This document shows positions 35,925 to 45,037 of a stretch of 64,000 nucleotides of DNA, one piece after another; the stretch's first letter is position 1; each line of letters begins with the position of its first letter. The notes under the pieces were generated by a model, which saw only the letters and a list, made by a program, of their open reading frames with translations, ran no database searches and was not told where the DNA came from. Made by a program: the position numbers and the translations under genes. The DNA is from a virus (lineage: Duplodnaviria > Caudoviricetes): positions 5,090 through 69,089 of the IMG/VR virus record IMGVR_UViG_3300020120_000084. The stretch is one strand, 5' to 3'.

Positions 35925-36376
35925 GAGACCCGGTAGGCGCACAGCACGGCGATCCCCCCGCCGGCGGGGTGGTTGATCCAGCGGCCGTCGGTGGTCCCGT
36001 CGAACGTCAGGCGGGACGGGCCCGCGGCGGCGGCGGCGTCCTCGGCGGCGGCGAGCAGCACCTTCACCCGGGCCCGGCGGCCGGCGACGTCGGCGGCGTC
36101 GCCGGTCTGGGAGACGACCAGGCAGTTGACGGACCCGGTTTCCTGCTGTCCGGTGGTGGTGTCGGCCCACTGCTGCAGGTAGGTCCCCGCGAGGGCGGTG
36201 GCGGCCAGGGTGCCGTCGGGGGCGATGGTGCCGTCGTGGCCGACGAGGATGAAGTCGGCGTCGGCTGCGCCGGAGGGCTGGGCGCCGTCGTAGACGGGGA
36301 CCCCGGCGAGGGCGGCGGCGGCCTGGTAGGCGGCGAGGAGCGCGGTGACGGCGTCGGCGAACCGGGTGGTGCTCAC
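35903..36376 (-). CDS. tail terminator-like protein
   Basis: V.VYDG...D.I.VG.DG, G.VNC...SQTGD; position. Confidence 0.75.
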   Translation of the reverse strand: MSTTRFADAVTALLAAYQAAAALAGVPVYDGAQPSGAADADFILVGHDGTIAPDGTLAATALAGTYLQQWADTTTGQQETGSVNCLVVSQTGDAADVAGRRARVKVLLAAAEDAAAAAGPSRLTFDGTTDGRWINHPAGGGIAVLCAYRVSYSAPWG

Positions 36377-36453
36377 TGGCGCCGCCCTCCCGTCGTCTCC
36401 ACTCGTCTCCTGTTACCGGTAACGTTCGTCTCCTGATGCGGTACTATGACGTC

Positions 36454-37059
36454 ATGACACCGACCGATACGGGCCTCAACAGCAACGACGGCGCCGAAGC
36501 CGCACTGTCCAGCGCGCCCTACCAGATCACCTTCACCATCCGCGGCGTCGCCGACCTGCTGTTCCATCGCTGGTCGAACGAGGACGTAGCCGCCAAGGCC
36601 ACCGCCAAGCGCGGCAGCGCCGTCAAGAAGACCGACAACCTCGAGGCCTACGTCTGGCGCGACGACGCGGGCATGGTCTGCCTGCCCGGCGTCTACCTGC
36701 ACAAGGCCCTGATCGAGGCCGGGAAGTTCATGCAGGACCCGCGCAGTTCCCGGCCCAAGCAGGCGTGCGACTTGTTCAAGGCCGCGTTCGTGCCGGTGAC
36801 GCTGCTGTGCCCGCTCGGCCCGAAGTGGGAGATCGAGGACAAGCGGCGGATGGTCGTCAACCGGTCCGGCATCACCCGCACGTCTCCCGGCTTCAAGGCA
36901 GGATGGGAAGCCTCGTTCGACTTCGACGTGATCCTGCCCGAGTACGTCTCCGAGACCATGCTCTACGAGGCGCTGTCGCTGGCCGGCCGGGTGATCGGGC
37001 TGGCGCAGTACCGGCCGACGTACGGCAGGTTCCAGGTCGTAAAATTTGAGCGCTCCTGA
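36454..37059 (+). CDS. stand-alone RAMP/Cas7-like protein (Vipr-like)
   Basis: Ferredoxin-like pattern (ITFTIRG..DLLFH; LPG..LHKALIEAG; GWEASFDFDV) and C-terminal G-loop AG..IGLAQYRPTYGRF.V; leaderless start after TACTAT. Confidence 0.75.
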   Translation: MTPTDTGLNSNDGAEAALSSAPYQITFTIRGVADLLFHRWSNEDVAAKATAKRGSAVKKTDNLEAYVWRDDAGMVCLPGVYLHKALIEAGKFMQDPRSSRPKQACDLFKAAFVPVTLLCPLGPKWEIEDKRRMVVNRSGITRTSPGFKAGWEASFDFDVILPEYVSETMLYEALSLAGRVIGLAQYRPTYGRFQVVKFERS

Positions 37060-37535
37060 CTTGCCCGGCCGGGTCTGGTCTAGTCGCGCCCAGACAGGTC
37101 CCGACAGGCCTCGCTCTGTCACGTCATGCTGCGCCCGGCCATGCCGCTACTCGTCGTGTCAGGCCTCGCCACGCCTGGCCGCAGCCCGTCCGGTCGCGCC
37201 AGGTCTCGCCGCGTCCTGCCGTGCCGGGCCGAGATCCGCCCGGCCTTGCCGCATCATGCCTTGTCATGCATGGCCATGCCTTGCCTGGACCCGCTGGGCC
37301 GTGCCACGTCGCGCCGTGCTAGGCCATGCCTTGTCCCGCCAAGCCGCGCCCGGACTGGATTAGCCCCGTCTCGACCGGCCGGGTAATGCCCCGACCTGCC
37401 TGGTCATGTCACGCCGAGCCGGGTCGCGTCCGGCCAAGCATTGCCCCGACTCGCCGGGTCCCGCCAAGCCTCGCCCCGCCGGGACTTGCCTTGCCGCGCT
37501 CAGCTACGACCCGTCCCGCCTCGCCACGCCAGGCC
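37056..37535. repeat. in-register pentamer array NN-G(C/T/A)C, 96 units (GGC-NN on the minus strand)
   Basis: Counted by hand: G at position 3 in 93 of 96 units, no indel over 480 bp, NN variable. Confidence 0.95.
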
Positions 37536-37555
37536 ATCTAGATATGAGACCCGCC

Positions 37556-37744
37556 ATGACGCCGCCCGCCACGCAGGCCCTCACCGTCCGCCTGCCCGAA
37601 GACCTGTACGACAAGCTCCGGAAGACCGCGTTCGACCAGCACACCAGCATGAACGCGCTGATCATCGCGGCCGTCCGCCACCAGCAAGACATGTCATGCC
37701 AGGCCGGGTCCAGCCACGTCGTGCCATGCCCCGCCGTGCCCTAG
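37556..37744 (+). CDS. Arc-like ribbon-helix-helix regulator inside the pentamer array
   Basis: ALTVRLPEDLYDKLRKTAFDQHTSMNALIIAAV; C-terminus runs into array block 2. Confidence 0.75.
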   Translation: MTPPATQALTVRLPEDLYDKLRKTAFDQHTSMNALIIAAVRHQQDMSCQAGSSHVVPCPAVP

Positions 37745-37802
37745 ACCAGCCACGGTCCCGCCCTGTCGTGCTTCGCCGTGTCACGCCTCGCCATGCCGGG
37801 CC
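37686..37802. repeat. pentamer array block 2 (about 23 units, two 1-nt insertions)
   Basis: atgtc atgcc aggcc gggtc cagcc acgtc...; first part in the same mod-5 register as block 1. Confidence 0.9.
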
Positions 37803-37804
37803 TT

Positions 37805-38692
37805 TTAAACAAAGGCTTCACTCAAGAACGGGATTCCATCCTGGCTGCCTGCCAGCATCTCGGCGGCCATGTTCGGGACCAGGAACCCGAAGCCGGGTAT
37901 CTGCACCATCTCGCCGCCGCCCATGGGCAGCGCGGCCGGGCCCCGCTGGCTGTTCCACAAATGCTGGATGACGACCCTGGCGAAGCTGTTGAACGCCGCC
38001 GGGACGGACACGCCCCAACCTGCAACATAGGTGACATTGCACTGAGGCAACCAGGTGAAGAACGGGCCGTAGAACGGGAGGCCCAGCTTGCGCCTGATCA
38101 GGCCCGCGTTGACGTCCAGGTCCAGGCCGCCGGAAATATCAATGTTGCTGCCGGATGCTGAGGCTATTGATACGACGCTGACCAGGGGCCTGCGCCTGAC
38201 CGCGATCACCGTCTGGTTCGACAGCATCTCGGCGCGCTCGGCGGTGATCACCTTGTTGACGAGGGGGCCGCCGGTGGCTTTCTCGAGGCTGGACTTGATG
38301 GTGGCGATGTAGGAGGCGATCTCGGTGTCGGACGTGGTGGTGGCCTGCGGGATGTTGAGGGCGTCCTTGGCGTCCTGCAGCGGGAGAACGCTGGTCTCGA
38401 AGGGGTCGAAGACGTCGAACTCGCCGAAGCTGACACCCGCCCCGGTGCCGCTGCTCGTCCAGCTGTACTGGTAGTGCCCGGTCGTGGCGAGGTCGGTGAC
38501 GGGAATGTCGACGTGATACAGGCCGATGCCGTCGTTGGCGGGGGAGGTGTAGGTGCCGGTGGTGGTCCAGGTGCCGTCGGCGGCGGCGGTCTTGACGAGC
38601 AGGGTGAGGGTCCCGGCGTTGACCAGGTTCCCGGACCTGTCGCGGACGGTCGTGGAGACGGTGACGGGTTGATTCTGGGGATACCTGGAAAT
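37805..38692 (-). CDS. head-tail connector/adaptor (295 aa; probable ATT start)
   Basis: Open frame ISRYPQNQPVTVSTTV...LQDAKDALNI...TYVAGWG...LW.SQRG; SD GGAGGT 5 nt before ATT, in-frame stop just upstream. Confidence 0.8.
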   Translation of the reverse strand: MSRYPQNQPVTVSTTVRDRSGNLVNAGTLTLLVKTAAADGTWTTTGTYTSPANDGIGLYHVDIPVTDLATTGHYQYSWTSSGTGAGVSFGEFDVFDPFETSVLPLQDAKDALNIPQATTTSDTEIASYIATIKSSLEKATGGPLVNKVITAERAEMLSNQTVIAVRRRPLVSVVSIASASGSNIDISGGLDLDVNAGLIRRKLGLPFYGPFFTWLPQCNVTYVAGWGVSVPAAFNSFARVVIQHLWNSQRGPAALPMGGGEMVQIPGFGFLVPNMAAEMLAGSQDGIPFLSEAFV

Positions 38693-38844
38693 CTGGCACC
38701 TCCCTCATCGTTGACCCGTGACCCGTTAGGGTGGCGGGATGCTCAGGCGGCTGCGCGGGTCCTGGTGGCGGTGGGCGGCGGCGCTGTCCGCCCTGTGGAC
38801 GCCGCTGGAGGATGTCGCCGCGCGGGCGGAATCCCGCCGGGCGG

Positions 38845-40818
38845 CTAGTTCGGGCGGGCCAGAACCACGTAGTTGACCAGGTACGTCGCGGCGGCAGTCG
38901 GGGCCACGTTGAACGCCACCTGGAAACTCGCGGTGCCCACGGTGGTCACGTACGGCTGCAGCGCCGACGTGGCGGCGTTCGCCGCGGCGATCACCACGAT
39001 GGGCGCGGCGGTGAACGCGGAGGAGAACGTGACCGTGGCGCTGGCCCCGGCTGCGGGGGTAGTGCCGGCGACGACCGATACCTGCCCCTGCGTGTCCGAG
39101 CTCGCGGACAGCAGCGTCACTGTCGGGCCCGTGCCCGCCCCGGCCGCGGCCGCGACCGTGATCGTCGTGCCGTTCTTCACCGCGGTGCCGATATGCCCCA
39201 GCGACGTGGACACCCGGATGGTCGGGGTGGTGTACGCGTCGGAGTAGCCCCGCAGCTCGTACCCGTTCGGGATCTCCACCCGGGGGGCGCCGGTGGTGGT
39301 GGTGACCCCGAACGCGTCCACGAACGACACGGGGTCCTGCAGGGTGTACGCCTGGGCCGTGTTGTCCGGGATGTAATGCTTGTGCACCGCGCCGTCCCAG
39401 ATCAGGGAGTTCGCCGCGTTGAGGGTGTTGGTCTGCCCGGTGGCGTAGACGGCGTACCGGGAGCCGACGACCCGCGTCCCGGCCCACACCGTAGACCCGG
39501 CGGGCGCCCACGCCGCGATCTCGATGTCGTTCTGGGTGGCGTCGTTGACCAGGTTCAGCGCGGCCGTGGCCGCGGAGGTGCAGGCGAGGCGGCTGACGCT
39601 GGTGCGGACCTGGGTGAGGGTGGGGCCGTTGACGGTGTCGCCGACCTGGATGCCGCACCCGGTCTGGGTGGCGCCGGTGGTGACGAAGTAGGAGCCGCCG
39701 GAGATCTTGCAGCCGGACCCGCGGATCAGCACCATGCCGGTGGTGGCGACCTCGGCGACGCACCCGGTCAGGTACACGGCGGTGTCCAGGATGTACCCGT
39801 AGGACGCGGCGGCGCCGTAGGTGTGCGCGCCGTTCAGCAGCATCCCCCCGGCGGAGTAGCCGCCGCCGGTCATGGCGCACGGGTTGCCGGTGGCCAGCGT
39901 CCCGGACCCGGAGACGGTGGTGCACCCGGTGAAGCTGGTGGCGGTGGTCCCGGTGTAGGTGATGGTGGCGGTGCCGGTGCCGCCGGTCAGCCCGGTGACG
40001 ACGACCGCGCCCTGCGTCCCGGAGATCGACGCGGCAGGCCAGTTCAGGGTCGTGTTGACGTTCAGGGTGCCCGCGCCGGCGAACGTGGACACGGCGACGC
40101 CGTTGCTCCCGGCGGCGACCGTCCCGCCGGGGGTGCCTTCCGCCCAGTAGCAGGGGAACCCGGACCCGGGGGAGTAGATGGTCACGTCCCAGCCGCGGGA
40201 GTCGTGCGGCCCCCGGTCATGCCACCCGCAGCCGCCCGTGTTAAAGATCTTCAGGCCGTATACGCGGGCTTCCATGGAGGAGTCGGCGCCGGCGGGGCTG
40301 CCGGACGCGTTCCATTCCGTATACAACCCCTCGGTGAAGCAGTTGCGGATGGTCACGTCGGTCATGGACCAGTCGTAGCCGTAGACGCGGAGCCCGTTCC
40401 CGCCGGTGGTCTGGCTGGCCTTGTTCCCGTCCAGGGTCATATCGCGGATGCCCCACCCGCCGATCCCCCCCGTGCTGCCGGTGCAGGTCAGGGTAGAGAA
40501 GGAGGCGCCCTGCACCACGTCGGCGTTGCTGCCCGCGGGGGCTTTCAGGGTGGTCTGGTTCCGGCCGGAGCCCTTCCAGACGGTGCCGGCCTGCTTGACG
40601 AAGTTCCCCCAGTAGGTGGCGGGCCCGAAGTAGACGGGGCCGCCGGTCGCCTCGGCGGCGGCGACCGCGGCGGCGTCGGTGACGCCGGTGACATCGCCGG
40701 ACGGCTTGACGTACCCGGGCTGCCCCATCCCGATGAGCGCGTCGATGACCTGGTTCATGTCGACGGGGGGGTTGCCGGTGCCGACCGCGCGGGTGTCCGG
40801 GGGAAGCGGGTAGGACAC
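38845..40818 (-). CDS. right-handed beta-helix (pectate lyase-like) fibre/spike protein
   Basis: PSGD.TG.TD.AA, G.G...T.LK, IRDMTLDGN, IRNC..EG. Confidence 0.8.
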   Translation of the reverse strand: MSYPLPPDTRAVGTGNPPVDMNQVIDALIGMGQPGYVKPSGDVTGVTDAAAVAAAEATGGPVYFGPATYWGNFVKQAGTVWKGSGRNQTTLKAPAGSNADVVQGASFSTLTCTGSTGGIGGWGIRDMTLDGNKASQTTGGNGLRVYGYDWSMTDVTIRNCFTEGLYTEWNASGSPAGADSSMEARVYGLKIFNTGGCGWHDRGPHDSRGWDVTIYSPGSGFPCYWAEGTPGGTVAAGSNGVAVSTFAGAGTLNVNTTLNWPAASISGTQGAVVVTGLTGGTGTATITYTGTTATSFTGCTTVSGSGTLATGNPCAMTGGGYSAGGMLLNGAHTYGAAASYGYILDTAVYLTGCVAEVATTGMVLIRGSGCKISGGSYFVTTGATQTGCGIQVGDTVNGPTLTQVRTSVSRLACTSAATAALNLVNDATQNDIEIAAWAPAGSTVWAGTRVVGSRYAVYATGQTNTLNAANSLIWDGAVHKHYIPDNTAQAYTLQDPVSFVDAFGVTTTTGAPRVEIPNGYELRGYSDAYTTPTIRVSTSLGHIGTAVKNGTTITVAAAAGAGTGPTVTLLSASSDTQGQVSVVAGTTPAAGASATVTFSSAFTAAPIVVIAAANAATSALQPYVTTVGTASFQVAFNVAPTAAATYLVNYVVLARPN

Positions 40819-43008
40819 TTAGCCTGGTCCTCCTGTCCTGGTGTCCGAAGCGGTCAGGGTGCCCTCGAGCGGGCCGTAGGCGGCCCCGTACGTGGCGGGG
40901 TAGGCGGCAGTCCCGGACGCGGCCGTCGCGGCTGTCAGCGCCGCCCCCGGGGCGGTGGAGGCGGTCAGGGCGCCGACGGTGAACGCGACCTGCAGGCTCC
41001 CGGCGGCGGTGACGCTGCCGGCGGCCGTGATCGCGGCGATAGCCTGCTGGGTGGCCAGGGCGGACAGGGCCGCCGCGGCGGCTGCCTGGGCGACAGGTGC
41101 CTGGGCGGCGCTGGCGGCAGCCGCGCCCGCCCCGGCCACGCTCGCGGCGCCGGCGATCTGCCCGGACGCGCTGGCAGCCCCGGCCCCGGCGGCGGTCGCC
41201 CTCGCGGCCTGCGTCGCGACGTCGGTGACGGCCCCGGCCCCGGCCGCTGTCGCCGGGGCGATCTGGGTGGCGACCGCGGTGACGGCGCCGGCCCCGGCGA
41301 TGGAGGCGGTGGCCGCGCCGCCGCCGCTGCCGGTCGCGTTGACCGACCCGGCGCCAGCCGCTGATGCGATGACGACCTGGGTGACGACATCGGTGACCGA
41401 CCCCGCACCCGCGGAACTAGCCGGCGCGATCTGCGTCGCGACGGCGGTGACCGACCCCGCACCCGCCGCTGCCGCTGCCGCGGCCTGGGCGGAGGCTGTC
41501 GTGACAGCACCCGCGCCAGCCGCCGTAGCCGGGGCGATCTGGGTTACTACGTCAGTGACGGCGCCCGCGCCCGCTGCGGCGGACCCGGAGATCACCGTGG
41601 CGGCCGCGGTGACGCTGCCCGCGCCGGCCGCGGTCGCGGGGGCGATCTGCGTGACAACCGCCGTGACCGACCCCGCGCCGGTGACGGCGGCGGCGCCGGA
41701 GGGAACCGCGGGCGGCGGCGGCGCCGGGACCCGGTGGCGGAGGAACCGGCGGGCCCACGCGACACCCGGCTGCGCCGCGGTCAGGGGCGGCGGCGGGGCC
41801 GCGATGACGGTCCCGGCGGCGGGGGTGCCGGGGTGGCCGGGGGTGAACTGGCCGGGCCGGGCCGCGCCGGGGATCGCGTTGTACGCGGCGGTCCCGGTGC
41901 CGCCGATGGCCACCGCGGCTGCGGTGGCGGCCTGGGTGACGCTCGCGGTGGCCGTGCCCGCGGCGGCGGCGGACGCGGTGCCGGCAATGACCAGCGCCGC
42001 TGGCGGGGTCGCGGCCGGGGTGTGCGGGCGCTGGAACCGGCGGCGCCACGTCTGCCCTGGCTGCGCGGGCTGGGCCGCTGCTGCTGCCGCGCCTGCGGCG
42101 TTCGCGGTGACGGCGCCCGCGCCGGCCGCCGTGGTGGCCGTCCCGGCGTCCTGCGTGACCACCGCGGTGACGGCGCCCGTGCCCGCAGCGGAGGTGAGCG
42201 TGCCCGCGTCCTGCGTGACGACCGCGGTGACCGACCCGGCGCCCGCAGCGGCGGCGGTCCCGGTGACCGGGACGGGCGGGGCGGGCGGCGGGGTCCGGGG
42301 GCGGATGAACCGGTGCCGCCACGTCTGCCCCGGCTGGGCCGGCTGGGCGGCGGCGGCGCCGCCGGCCGGGACCGCGGCGATCCACACCCCGGCGTAGTCG
42401 CCGGAGGACGGGTTGTTGACAGCCTGCTCGGTCCAGGTCAGGCCCAGCCCGGACGTGTCCGACAGGGCCATCGTGGTGACGCCGAGACCGCCGTCCGAGC
42501 CGACCAGGGCGACGAGCAGGCTTCCCGCGGGCGGGGTGAAACTAGCCGTGGTGACCGCGGTCGCGGCGGTAGTCGATGCCACAGCCGGACCGGACGCATC
42601 CTCAGTCAGCGTCCCCGCGGTCTTGATCTCCGCCATCGCGATCGGGCCGGTGTTGGAACCGGTGATCGTGAAGCCCAGGATGGTCGCGCCCGGCGTTCCC
42701 GTCAGGGACGTCGCCTTGAAGGTTGCGTAGGACTCGGAGTTGGTGGCGTCGTGGACCTGGTCCACGAGCGTCGTCAGCGCGGCAGCGGTCGCGGTGGTCG
42801 TGTTGCCGTAAGAGCTGGCACCGTAGACCCGCGAGCCGGCCTGCGTCGTGGTGATCGACGTCGTGAAGGTCGTGCTGGCGGGGGAGACCTGCAAGCTGGC
42901 GGTCGCGCCGTTCTGCGTGGCCGCCGCCTGGGTCAGGACGAAGACCCGCAGCGCCAGCCCGGCGGCGGTGACGCCCCCCTGGGTGGCGGTGACCGTGAAC
43001 GTGGCCAC
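40819..43008 (-). CDS. Ala/Gly/Thr/Val-repeat structural protein
   Basis: ~15-aa AAAGAG(S/A)VT(A/D)VxTQ repeats and three QPG.(T/A)W.RRF motifs. Confidence 0.75.
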   Translation of the reverse strand: MATFTVTATQGGVTAAGLALRVFVLTQAAATQNGATASLQVSPASTTFTTSITTTQAGSRVYGASSYGNTTTATAAALTTLVDQVHDATNSESYATFKATSLTGTPGATILGFTITGSNTGPIAMAEIKTAGTLTEDASGPAVASTTAATAVTTASFTPPAGSLLVALVGSDGGLGVTTMALSDTSGLGLTWTEQAVNNPSSGDYAGVWIAAVPAGGAAAAQPAQPGQTWRHRFIRPRTPPPAPPVPVTGTAAAAGAGSVTAVVTQDAGTLTSAAGTGAVTAVVTQDAGTATTAAGAGAVTANAAGAAAAAAQPAQPGQTWRRRFQRPHTPAATPPAALVIAGTASAAAAGTATASVTQAATAAAVAIGGTGTAAYNAIPGAARPGQFTPGHPGTPAAGTVIAAPPPPLTAAQPGVAWARRFLRHRVPAPPPPAVPSGAAAVTGAGSVTAVVTQIAPATAAGAGSVTAAATVISGSAAAGAGAVTDVVTQIAPATAAGAGAVTTASAQAAAAAAAGAGSVTAVATQIAPASSAGAGSVTDVVTQVVIASAAGAGSVNATGSGGGAATASIAGAGAVTAVATQIAPATAAGAGAVTDVATQAARATAAGAGAASASGQIAGAASVAGAGAAAASAAQAPVAQAAAAAALSALATQQAIAAITAAGSVTAAGSLQVAFTVGALTASTAPGAALTAATAASGTAAYPATYGAAYGPLEGTLTASDTRTGGPG

Positions 43009-43046
43009 GGCTCACCGCCCCTGCTGCGTAACCGCTCCCGTGCCGC

Positions 43047-45002
43047 TCAATCCATCACCCATCTGGTCGTCAGCGTCCCGGTGTAGGTGACGGAGTACCA
43101 GTGGCCGCCCGGCACCCGGACGGGGATGGCCTGGCCCGCGCTCGCGGTCTGCCCGAGCGCCGTCATGCTGCCGGTCAGCGGCCCCGCCGCCGTGTTGGTG
43201 ATCGACGTGGTGGCCGAGCAGTAGACGGTGGCGTCCCGGTAGGCGGTGTTCTGCTGCGTCACCCCCGACGCCGGGGCGGCCGGCGGCGCCGGGATGTTCA
43301 GCCCGGCGACGGCCGCCCACGGGCCGACTGTCATCCGGGTGTTGACGATCTTGTAGTTCTGCGCCACCGTCGCCGCCCCGGCGGGGGTCCAGGTGGCGCC
43401 GAGGTCACGCCAGTACATGACGCCGCACAGGTTCCCGTTCGGGTCGTTGACGTACCCGGTGATCATCAGCTCGAAGTCGGCGTCGGCGATGAACAGGTTG
43501 TACAGGGACGAGGACCCGACGTTGGTGACCAGGCCCATGCCGGTGCCCTCGCAGGTCCACATCTGGATGGCGCCGCCGTGGATGATCGTCCCGGCCGGGT
43601 TCCAGTTGACCTGGATCCCGGTGTTGCAGTACATGGTGACGACGTGCTGCGCGGTGAAGTGCTCGGAGATCAGCAGCCCGGTGGACAGGCCCTCGCAGGA
43701 GAACCGGCCGACCAGGGCCAGCGCGTTGTTCCCGCTGGCGGGCATGGCCAGGCCGACGCCGACGCCGTTGGACGGCAGGTTGGTGCCCCGCAGCCACGTC
43801 CCGCCGACGGTCTGGGCGTTGATATTGACCGGCGCGAACGCGACCGCGGCGGAGGAGTCCACGTGGGCCTGCGCGGCCCACCGCAGGTCGAACCCGTACT
43901 GCTGCCCGTTGAACGGCATCACGACGGTGATGCCCTCGACGTTGACCAGGACGTTGGCGTAGTTCGCGTTGGTGATGCCGCCGTTCCCGATGTTGGCCTG
44001 CGACGACGGGGTGCCGATGACGGACATCTGCCCGAACGTGGCGTCCGGCTGGGACGGGGGGAACACGGCGGACACCAGGCAGGTCCCCTGCACCGCGGGG
44101 ACCGCGGACCCCCAGAAGTCCGGCTCGGCGGCGTCGCCGACCCCGATCATGTCGATGACCAGCTTGCGGGCGTACTGGGTGGTGAACGGCAGCGGGATGT
44201 GCGTGTTGTACGTGTAGCCGGCCCCGGTGTTGAACGGGGCGAACCCGTAGGTGGTGGACTGGACCAGGGCGCCGAGCATGTACAGCTGCGGCTCGAACAC
44301 GACCTGGGCCTTGTAGTTCCCGGTGGCGACCGCCCACTGGGACGCCGCGAGGACCGCCGCGGTGATCGCCGCCGCGTCGTCGGTGCCGTACACGTAGGGG
44401 GCGGCGGCGCAGGTGGCGGCCAGGTTCCCCGACAGGGTGACGGACGTGGCGGAGTTGACGGCGCTGATCGTGCCGACGAACGGGTTGGTGGCGACGGTCG
44501 CGGAGCCGGTGCCCTGGTTGACGATGATGACCTTGCCGACGTCCCCGGCCGGGGCGGCCGCGTTGACGAACGACGCGGCCGCGTCGGTGAGGACCGCCTG
44601 CCCGGACGCCCCGGTCCCGCCGGTGCCGATCTTCCCGTCGCCCTGCGCGCCGTACTGCTGGACGGGGAACTGCCACGCCGGGTACGCCAGCCCCGCCAGC
44701 ACCCCCGCGGTGACCACCTGCACGACGGTGAACCCGGCGAAGTGCGCGACCGGGGTGCTGCCCTCCGCGCCTCTGAGTACCGTCCACGTGGTCCCGGAGA
44801 TGTTCTGCACGGTGATCATCTCCGACGGCAGCGCCGGGTCCGCGACGTGGAACTGGGTCGCGCCGATCTCCACCGCCGGGAACGACGCCGACGACGCCAC
44901 CGTCCACGTCTCCACGGTCCCCCCGGCCGGCGCCGTCGTCCCGCCGGAGGACACGGTGGTGGACGGGTTGTTGGCGAAGACCTCCAGCGGGATGAACGGC
45001 AC
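43047..45002 (-). CDS. beta-helix (pectate lyase-like) fibre protein
   Basis: V.QYGA.GDG, GTDDAAAI.AA. Confidence 0.75.
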   Translation of the reverse strand: MPFIPLEVFANNPSTTVSSGGTTAPAGGTVETWTVASSASFPAVEIGATQFHVADPALPSEMITVQNISGTTWTVLRGAEGSTPVAHFAGFTVVQVVTAGVLAGLAYPAWQFPVQQYGAQGDGKIGTGGTGASGQAVLTDAAASFVNAAAPAGDVGKVIIVNQGTGSATVATNPFVGTISAVNSATSVTLSGNLAATCAAAPYVYGTDDAAAITAAVLAASQWAVATGNYKAQVVFEPQLYMLGALVQSTTYGFAPFNTGAGYTYNTHIPLPFTTQYARKLVIDMIGVGDAAEPDFWGSAVPAVQGTCLVSAVFPPSQPDATFGQMSVIGTPSSQANIGNGGITNANYANVLVNVEGITVVMPFNGQQYGFDLRWAAQAHVDSSAAVAFAPVNINAQTVGGTWLRGTNLPSNGVGVGLAMPASGNNALALVGRFSCEGLSTGLLISEHFTAQHVVTMYCNTGIQVNWNPAGTIIHGGAIQMWTCEGTGMGLVTNVGSSSLYNLFIADADFELMITGYVNDPNGNLCGVMYWRDLGATWTPAGAATVAQNYKIVNTRMTVGPWAAVAGLNIPAPPAAPASGVTQQNTAYRDATVYCSATTSITNTAAGPLTGSMTALGQTASAGQAIPVRVPGGHWYSVTYTGTLTTRWVMD

Positions 45003-45037
45003 GGGCGGCCCTCCCCGCTAGCGGACGGACGGACTTC

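Noticed and set aside
36373-37122. 249-aa minus-strand ORF antisense to the RAMP gene
   Set aside because: Low-complexity shadow; GC3 pattern favours the plus-strand gene
37046-37541. Track ORFs 37046..37363, 37126..37386 and 37326..37541 (PCLA/ARPG-type text)
   Set aside because: They are translations of the pentamer array (5-nt periodicity), not protein-like
37056-37802. Pentamer array as a classical CRISPR array or simple microsatellite
   Set aside because: No 25-45-nt repeats with spacers; NN positions are too variable for a slippage microsatellite
37056-37802. Self-targeting of this window's genes by the decoded array dinucleotides
   Set aside because: Hand comparison with connector, terminator, portal, Bet, DpdA and RAMP found no convincing gapped match; not exhaustive
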